Shown piece after piece: positions 57,758 to 64,000 of a DNA stretch of 64,000 nt. The first letter of the stretch is position 1. Each line of letters starts with the position of its first letter. The stretch comes from an uncultured Spirochaetota bacterium (lineage in GTDB: Bacteria > Spirochaetota > Spirochaetia > SZUA-6 > Fen-1364), in the NCBI GenBank assembly GCA_963845535.1, contig CAWJSK010000019.1, positions 443,358-507,357 on the forward strand. The letters are read 5' to 3'. The notes under the pieces are model-generated. The model ran no database searches. It was not told where the DNA came from and saw only the letters and a program-made list of their open reading frames with translations. The position numbers and the translations under genes were made by a program.

Positions 57758-58510
57758 ATGGCCGTTCGCTGGGCAATGATGGTCCAGAGCTTGTCCCGCG
57801 TCACTGAAGCTGAAGGAGCAGGTTTTGATTGCGTGCAACCGACGGTGGGCTTCATCCTGGACCTCCAAAAGCGGAGGATCAAGAACCCCGGCGTGCCTTT
57901 TGAGGTAAGCCCGGTGCCTCTTCCCGCGGACGTCCGCGTGACCGAGAGAGGGTTCAACCTCTACGCATGGATGGAAGATCTGAAAAAATCCCTGCAGGGC
58001 CTTTCGGACCTTGGCTGCAAAAAGCTCGCCTGGAGTGAGGGCAGGGCGCGTCTCCTTCCTCTCGAAGGAGATCGGTCAGGAGCCAAGGAACAGGCCATGC
58101 AGTTTTTGTACATGCTGTGCGATGCAGCCGCCGAGAAGGGAATGACGGTGCTGATTGAACCTCTTGGGCCGCGACGCACAAATTTCCTGAATACGCTGGA
58201 TGAAATCAGGGATTTTCTTCCGCGGGTCGGAAAGGAAAACCTGTCAGCCATGATCAGTCTCCGTGAGCTGGAGGCAACGGGGCTTACCCTGGCATCTCTC
58301 CCCGCGTACAAAGATCTCATAGCGCACGTCCAGATGGAGAACCCTTTGTCTCCTCAAGGCGCGCGGACCTGCCCACGAGCCTCGGATGGATACGACTATC
58401 GCTCTTTCCTTGGAGCGCTCGAAACAATCGGCTACTCCGGCGTCATTACACTTCCGGAAGATTCAGATATCTTGGGATTATCTTATTGCAAGGAAATGTG
58501 GAAAACGTAG
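57758..58510 (+). CDS. Xylose-isomerase-like TIM barrel (sugar phosphate isomerase/epimerase family), divergent
   Basis: GFDCVQ, VLIEPL...TNFLNT, IAHVQ, GYSGVITL. Confidence 0.75.
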   Translation: MAVRWAMMVQSLSRVTEAEGAGFDCVQPTVGFILDLQKRRIKNPGVPFEVSPVPLPADVRVTERGFNLYAWMEDLKKSLQGLSDLGCKKLAWSEGRARLLPLEGDRSGAKEQAMQFLYMLCDAAAEKGMTVLIEPLGPRRTNFLNTLDEIRDFLPRVGKENLSAMISLRELEATGLTLASLPAYKDLIAHVQMENPLSPQGARTCPRASDGYDYRSFLGALETIGYSGVITLPEDSDILGLSYCKEMWKT

Positions 58511-58561
58511 GCTTGAAAGGGGCGAAGATCAGAGCCTGTGCTCCCCATGTAGCACAAAGGC

Positions 58562-59569
58562 CTACCGGATTCGCCGGCAGGAAGAGCGAATCTTCAGCTC
58601 GGGCTTCAACACGATCTTGCGAGGGCTCGGAATGCCTGAGAGGCGGTTCAAGATGGTGTCGGTAGTCGCGGCCGCCAATCCATCAAGAGGCTGCCTCACG
58701 GTGGTGAGGGCGGGGACGGAGTAGGAGGCATACTTTGTGTCGTCGTAGCCGCTTATTGAGATGTCCTCCGGAATGAGAACGTTGTTCTCGTAAGCGGCCC
58801 GGATTGCGCCGAAAGCCATCTGGTCGTTGGAAAAGAAGATGGCCGTTATGCCGGTCTTACGGCGATGCAGCGTGCAGAAAGCGTCGTAGCCACTCTCGAT
58901 AGACCAGTCGCCTCGGTAGACTATGCTCCTGTCAAAGGGGATGTCCATCACCTTCAGCTCGTTGCGATAGGTGTCAAAACGGTCCTGGGCGTTGATCTCG
59001 GCCATATTTCCGGAGACGAAGCCTATCCGCCTGTGGCCGAGCGCAAAAAGGTGTCTCAGGATCAGCGTGGTTCCGAGCACGTTGTCAGTATCCACGTAGT
59101 CGCAATCCACGGTATCACTCCTGCCGTGGAGAATCACAAAAGGAAGCCCCTCTCTGTTCAATCGCTCCACCTCGGGGTCACCAGTCGGGGGCGCGACCAG
59201 AATGAGTCCGTCGACCTTCCGCTCTTTTATCAGGCGGGTAGGGTCACGGTAGTCATCTCCCGTCTTCGTCATTCCGAGGAAAAGGTGGTAGCCGCGGTGG
59301 CTTAGCTGATCCTCGAGCTCAACGGACAGCTCGACGTAAAAAGATCTCGAGAAGACGTATTCCTTGCGGGGGAAGATCAGTCCGATGTTGTTCGTCTTGC
59401 GGGCGTTCAGCGCTCGCGCAGAAGCGTCAGGGTAATAGCCGAGATCACGAATTGCCTTCAGCACGCGCTCGCGGGTTTCTTTCTTCACTCTGGGATGGTT
59501 GTTCACGACCCTCGAGACAGTCATGAATGAGACTTTGGCGCGCACCGCTACGTCCTGCTGGGAAGGCAT
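58562..59569 (-). CDS. LacI family transcriptional regulator
   Basis: DVA..A.VS..TVSRVVN, YYPD..ARAL, VDGLI, LGHRRIG, SND.MA.G, GYDD, LTTVRQP. Confidence 0.95.
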   Translation of the reverse strand: MPSQQDVAVRAKVSFMTVSRVVNNHPRVKKETRERVLKAIRDLGYYPDASARALNARKTNNIGLIFPRKEYVFSRSFYVELSVELEDQLSHRGYHLFLGMTKTGDDYRDPTRLIKERKVDGLILVAPPTGDPEVERLNREGLPFVILHGRSDTVDCDYVDTDNVLGTTLILRHLFALGHRRIGFVSGNMAEINAQDRFDTYRNELKVMDIPFDRSIVYRGDWSIESGYDAFCTLHRRKTGITAIFFSNDQMAFGAIRAAYENNVLIPEDISISGYDDTKYASYSVPALTTVRQPLDGLAAATTDTILNRLSGIPSPRKIVLKPELKIRSSCRRIR

Positions 59570-59640
59570 CAGGCTGTTTCCTCCAGAACATGATTATACC
59601 CAAAGCGACAGGGACTTGGGAGATGCCCTCGAATGACACC

Positions 59641-59721
59641 TATGTCTGCGCAAATAGGCTGACAATATTGACAGATGCACGTTCCTATGGAATAGTCACA
59701 ATGTGTGCGCAAACATTGTGA
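59641..59721. promoter_or_regulatory. LacI-type operator(s) and promoter for the GH4 operon
   Basis: 26-bp palindrome TCACAATGTGTGC|GCAAACATTGTGA (59696-59721, one mismatch, CG centre); weaker copy ATGTCTGCGCAAATA near 59642; TTGACA at 59668. Confidence 0.7.
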
Positions 59722-59755
59722 TCTTAAGGCGTCAGAAGCAAGGAGTAGCAGAGAC

Positions 59756-61141
59756 ATGTCGACAAAAATCGTTCTCACAGGCGCCGGAAGCGCTATGTTC
59801 GGCCTTGGCTCTCTCGGCAACATCCTCCGAAGCAAAGTGCTCGAGGGGTGCACGGTCGTTCTCCATGACATTGACGGTGCGGCACTGCAGAAGGTGGAGC
59901 GGGTTGCGCGCCGGTTCATGCAGGAACGGAAACTCTCACACACCCTCGTCGTGACGACCTCGCGTGAGGAGGCGCTGCAGAACGCGCAGTTCTGCATCAT
60001 CGCAATCGAAGTGGGGAACCGGTACGAGCTGTGGGAGCAGGATTGGCACATCCCCCAGCAATACGGCATTCGTCAGGTCTACGGCGAAAACGGCGGGCCG
60101 GGCGGCCTCTTCCACTCTCTGCGCATCATCCCGCCAATTCTGGAGATCTGCGGTGATATTGCTCGCATTTGTCCGAATGCATGGGTTTTCAATCTGAGCA
60201 ATCCAATGACGCGGATTGTCCTGGCCATCACCCGAAAGTATCCTCAGTTGAAGACACTTGGCCTCTGCCACGAGGTCGTATCCCTGATGGAGCACCTGCC
60301 GAAAATCCTCGACACGCCGTGGTCGAATCTCGATGTCAAAGCGGGAGGCATGAATCATTTCAGTGTTCTGCTGGAGGCGCGCTACAGGGACACGGGTGAG
60401 GACGCCTACCCGAAGATTCGTGAGAGAGCGGGCGCCTACTTCGAGTCACTTCCGGAAGGGTCCTACGAAAACCTGGGGGCAACCAAGGAGATGCTCAGCG
60501 CAGCCCGGTCACAAACGGGGGCGGGCGCGCACGGCGCCGGGCGCTCTCCAGGGCGCCGTTCGATCTGGCCCGAGCGGGAGCTTTTCAAAGTGATTTTGGA
60601 GAAGTTCGGACTTTTCCCGATCACCACTGACAGTCATTTCGGCGAATATGTCCCGTGGGCGCATTCGGTGGTGGATCACAAAGGAATCCTCGATTTCTAT
60701 TCCTTCTACCGGAAGTGGTGTCTTGAGCAGGTTCCCGAGTCGCGCATCAACGGCACGCGCGAAATCGAGTATTGGCGCGATATACCGATCATTGAGGGAA
60801 TCCTTTCGGACTCGGGTCAGGAGGAGCTTGCGGTCAATGTTTCGAACATCGGTCTTATCGACAATCTGCCCAGGCAGACCGTTGTGGAGGTGCCGGCGAC
60901 AGTCGACGCGAAGGGCGTACATGGCAGATCACTCGGTACGTTGCCTCGCGGGTTTGCCGGCCTGCTCAACAACCAGGTTGCGGTGGACGATTTGACCGTC
61001 GAGGCTGTTCTCGAAGGTTCGCGAGAGCTTGCATTGCAGGCATTGCTTGTGGATCCGGTCGTGGACAGCGTGGCCGCGGCGGAGCGGACCCTGGATGCAA
61101 TCCTCTCACTGCAAGCAGGCTTTCTTTCCTACATCCATTGA
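59756..61141 (+). CDS. Glycoside hydrolase family 4 (NAD+/Mn2+-dependent alpha-galactosidase/glucosidase, MelA-like)
   Basis: KIVLTGAGS..F, GENGGPGG.F..LR.IP, SNPM, GLCH, GMNHF, SHFGEY, VVEVP, ALQALL.DP. Confidence 0.92.
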   Translation: MSTKIVLTGAGSAMFGLGSLGNILRSKVLEGCTVVLHDIDGAALQKVERVARRFMQERKLSHTLVVTTSREEALQNAQFCIIAIEVGNRYELWEQDWHIPQQYGIRQVYGENGGPGGLFHSLRIIPPILEICGDIARICPNAWVFNLSNPMTRIVLAITRKYPQLKTLGLCHEVVSLMEHLPKILDTPWSNLDVKAGGMNHFSVLLEARYRDTGEDAYPKIRERAGAYFESLPEGSYENLGATKEMLSAARSQTGAGAHGAGRSPGRRSIWPERELFKVILEKFGLFPITTDSHFGEYVPWAHSVVDHKGILDFYSFYRKWCLEQVPESRINGTREIEYWRDIPIIEGILSDSGQEELAVNVSNIGLIDNLPRQTVVEVPATVDAKGVHGRSLGTLPRGFAGLLNNQVAVDDLTVEAVLEGSRELALQALLVDPVVDSVAAAERTLDAILSLQAGFLSYIH

Positions 61142-61154
61142 CGGAGGCGCACTT

Positions 61155-62327
61155 GTGGAGCGAACCTGGATCATCACTGACGCCTGCTCTTCGTTTTCCG
61201 CATCAGACTTCGCGATACCAGGACGGGAGTTGGGACTCGACTCCAATGCGTATTGCCGAAAGAGGACGCTGAACGGCGGACGGCAAGCCGGCGTCGAGCT
61301 CATCGAGGTCTCAAACGGAATCGTGAGCCTGCGTGTTTGCCCGACCCGCGGCATGGGGATCATCGACGGCAGCTTCCTGTCCCATTTCCTCGGGTGGCAT
61401 TCGCCAGTGAGTGAAATTGTCCATCCGCAGTATGTCAATCTCTACGATCTTGGCGGACGGGGCAGCCACTATGGATTCAATGAATTCTTGAACCGTTGCG
61501 GAATCGAATGGTCCGGCGCGATGGGGGACGACGAGGTTGTCGACAACATGGGGAACCGCCGAAGTGTTTTTCTGCCGCTTCACGGAAAGGTAGGTTGGAC
61601 ACCGGCCTCTCGCGTCGTGCTCCATTCCGCGGCGGATTCCCTGGTTCTCGAGGGAGACATTCCCGAGCAGAACGTTTTCGGGGTCAACTATGTTCTTCGA
61701 ACGCGACTTACTCTGCGGCACGGCTCGTCGAGCATCGAAATCAATGACTCTCTCTGCAACCTCGGTGCAGTGCCTGGCGAATACGAGATGCTCTATCACA
61801 CCAATTTCGGTCCTCCCTTTCTCGAGGAAGGGGCACGGTTTTTCGGCACGTACAATCGCGTGATCCCCCGTGACGACTTTGCCGCGGCCGGTCTTGACGA
61901 CATGCTGCGGTTTGCCGGGCCAACGGCCGGATTTGCGGAGCAGGTCTTTCTCTTCCGCGCGGCCGGCGACTCATCGGGACGCGCTCATCAGGTCCTGTGC
62001 AACGCCGCGGAAAGCCTTGCGGCCCACGTGAGCTTTTCCATAGACACTCTGCCCTATGCAATCCTCTGGAAACGCACGGCAGCGGTTGAAGACGGCTACG
62101 TCGCGGGGCTCAACCCGTGCTCGGATCTTCCCAACCGACGCTTTGTCGAACGGAAAGAGCGTCGCGTGGGCACACTCGGCGCGCATGATGAGATTGCATT
62201 TCACCACACCATTGAGCTTGTCGAGGGGAAGAGCGCGGTAGGAAAGATGGTCGACTTCGTCAGATCCAACGAGGTGCCGGCTGAGGTGGGATCAACGGGC
62301 GACTTCAGGCATCTCGGAGGCGCTTGA
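61155..62327 (+). CDS. Aldose 1-epimerase-like protein (DUF4432-type)
   Basis: PTRGMGI, LGW.SP, RCG, LHG, LYHTNFG.PFL, EQVF. Confidence 0.82.
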   Translation: MERTWIITDACSSFSASDFAIPGRELGLDSNAYCRKRTLNGGRQAGVELIEVSNGIVSLRVCPTRGMGIIDGSFLSHFLGWHSPVSEIVHPQYVNLYDLGGRGSHYGFNEFLNRCGIEWSGAMGDDEVVDNMGNRRSVFLPLHGKVGWTPASRVVLHSAADSLVLEGDIPEQNVFGVNYVLRTRLTLRHGSSSIEINDSLCNLGAVPGEYEMLYHTNFGPPFLEEGARFFGTYNRVIPRDDFAAAGLDDMLRFAGPTAGFAEQVFLFRAAGDSSGRAHQVLCNAAESLAAHVSFSIDTLPYAILWKRTAAVEDGYVAGLNPCSDLPNRRFVERKERRVGTLGAHDEIAFHHTIELVEGKSAVGKMVDFVRSNEVPAEVGSTGDFRHLGGA

Positions 62328-63466
62328 TGCTGAGCCAATCCGGGTGCATGCATCGGAGGGAGCGCCTTTGGGGCCAGTTGCCGAAAGAAGTCGAATGGGC
62401 GCTCATTGCCGACCCGCGGCATGTCAACTATCTCTGCGGGTTCTGGGTCAACCCCTTGACCAATTCCGCCGGTGAACGTGGATTGCTGTTCCTGGAGCGC
62501 GGCGGCGAATCGATACTCATGTGTGACGACTTCGCCTTCGCATCAGCAGTTGGTGAACCACATGTTGACCGAAAGATCATCGAGCAGTGGTATGGCCGCG
62601 GGCATGAGGTCGCAAACCGCGATCACGCCCTTTTCCACGCCCTCAAGCGATTCAGCGCGACACATGATGCCCGCCCTGGCATGGTTGAAACGGAATGGCT
62701 TCCCGTTGCCGCACTTGACGTGCTTGGTCCGCTTCATCGCCTGGATCAATCCACCGGAATCTCGCTGGGTTCAATTCTTCGACGGCTTCGCCGCAGGAAA
62801 TATCCCGACGAAATCGAGCTGCTCAATCGTTGCTTTCGAGCGGGCGAAGCGGGACACCAGCGCGCAAAGGACGTAGTGGCCCCCGGCGTGAGTGAGACCG
62901 AGATATACCGGGAGGTTCAGTCCGCTGTAATCGCCCGACTGGGGACGCCGGGACTCGTCTACGGGGATTTCCGTGCCGCCACCCCGACGGATCCCGGGGC
63001 AGGTGGACTGCCTACCCCGTATGTAGTGCGAAAGGGTGACACTTTCATCCTCGACTTCTCAGTTGTGCTCGCCGGCTACCGCAGCGACTTCACCAATTCG
63101 ATAGCAGTCGGCGCGGCCGGCAGCGGGCAGCGAAAACTGATGGAGGTCTGTAAGGCGGCAATGGCCGAAGGAGAACGGGCGCTGAAACCGGGCGTGACGG
63201 GAGCGGAAGTCCATGGGGCCGTCAACGCTCCGCTTGCCGCTGCCGGATGGCCTCTTCCTTTCCACGCCGGTCACGGCCTTGGTCTCGGCCACCCCGAGGC
63301 GCCGGCATTCATTCCAGAAAGCGACGAAGTGCTGGAAACGGATGAAGTAGTAACGCTTGAGCCTGGAGCCTACGTGAAAGGCATTGGCGGCGTGCGGATT
63401 GAACACAACTACCTCATCACCCGCGACGGCTGCCAACGTTTGACGAAGCATGCGATCGAGCTCTAA
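62324..63466 (+). CDS. M24 family Xaa-Pro peptidase-like protein
   Basis: HVNYLCG, LRRRK, ILDF...YRSD.T, GHGLG...PE, TLEPG.Y, RIE. Confidence 0.88.
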   Translation: MMLSQSGCMHRRERLWGQLPKEVEWALIADPRHVNYLCGFWVNPLTNSAGERGLLFLERGGESILMCDDFAFASAVGEPHVDRKIIEQWYGRGHEVANRDHALFHALKRFSATHDARPGMVETEWLPVAALDVLGPLHRLDQSTGISLGSILRRLRRRKYPDEIELLNRCFRAGEAGHQRAKDVVAPGVSETEIYREVQSAVIARLGTPGLVYGDFRAATPTDPGAGGLPTPYVVRKGDTFILDFSVVLAGYRSDFTNSIAVGAAGSGQRKLMEVCKAAMAEGERALKPGVTGAEVHGAVNAPLAAAGWPLPFHAGHGLGLGHPEAPAFIPESDEVLETDEVVTLEPGAYVKGIGGVRIEHNYLITRDGCQRLTKHAIEL

Positions 63467-63562
63467 AGGGTGACGCGCGAGCTGACTCTGGCCGCTCTTC
63501 AAGGAAAACCATCGAGGTGCACTGTTTGTCGTGATGTGATAGATTTGGCCAGGCGGTCTCCC

Positions 63563-64000
63563 GTGAAAAAAAAGAAAGGACCGACAAAAAGACAGAAGCA
63601 GGCGGCGGCAACCCGAAAACGCATCTATGAGACAGCGATGCGCCTCATGCGGGCGAACGGCATAGCGGACGTTACCATTGCTGACATCGCCGAGACGGCA
63701 GGCGTGTCCGTTGGAGCCTTCTATCATTACTTCGAATCCAAGGACGCCATTTTCTTTGAGACATACGGTATCGCGGACGACTTTTTCCTTGAGGAGGTGA
63801 TTCACAGTCTCACCGGAAAATCGGTCAGAGACCGCATCGTGCAGTACTTCGATTACTATGCAAAGTTCAACATGGATCAGGGACTTGCCCATATCCAGTT
63901 GCTCTACAACTCGAAGAACAAGCACTTCATCGATACGAGTCGATTCATGATCTCGGCATTTCGCGCCCTCGTGCATGAAGCAATTGTGAAAGGTGAGATC
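63563..64000 (+). CDS. TetR/AcrR family regulator (truncated by the window end)
   Basis: Manual translation TRKRIYETAMRLMRANGIADVTIADIAETAGVSVGAFYHYFESKDAIF; open to the end of the window. Confidence 0.9.
   Translation, partial: MKKKKGPTKRQKQAAATRKRIYETAMRLMRANGIADVTIADIAETAGVSVGAFYHYFESKDAIFFETYGIADDFFLEEVIHSLTGKSVRDRIVQYFDYYAKFNMDQGLAHIQLLYNSKNKHFIDTSRFMISAFRALVHEAIVKGEI

Overview
Bacterial DNA, GC-rich, most likely from a Spirochaetia genome. The basis is the galK-surE-TPR-small ORF-NHL/vWA cluster, the TGS/uridine-kinase fusion next to an HD-GYP gene, and a spirochaete-style TonB relic. About 1-22 kb is mostly core: P3A-type H+ ATPase, cNMP-binding proteins, galK/surE, an orphan corrinoid protein, a four-subunit 2-oxoacid:ferredoxin oxidoreductase, a beta-CASP nuclease and BtuCD-like ABC genes. 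About 22-38 kb is an accessory mosaic containing relics of IS21, tonB, a sugar permease, ahcY and an internally deleted SDR. It also carries an adenylate cyclase, a GH42/sugar-ABC/AraR-type locus and an AKR/CMD/cupin/flavodoxin cluster. About 38-58.5 kb is a large catabolic island: ThDP decarboxylase, MoaD, M24 hydrolase, GntR, RraA/HMG aldolase, Ldh_2, AOR, SDR, cupin, IolN-like ring hydrolase, LIV-type ABC, Zn-ADH, ALDH, MCP, two tandem aroQ genes and a TIM-barrel isomerase. My best candidate for a new system is this island: its gene set fits an oxygen-independent hydrolytic ring-opening route for quinate or a related cyclitol acid (inference only). The second aroQ copy has lost catalytic residues. 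The window ends with a LacI/GH4/epimerase/M24 locus and a truncated TetR gene. No rRNA, tRNA or CRISPR array was seen. Family calls come from motif recognition by eye, not from database searches.
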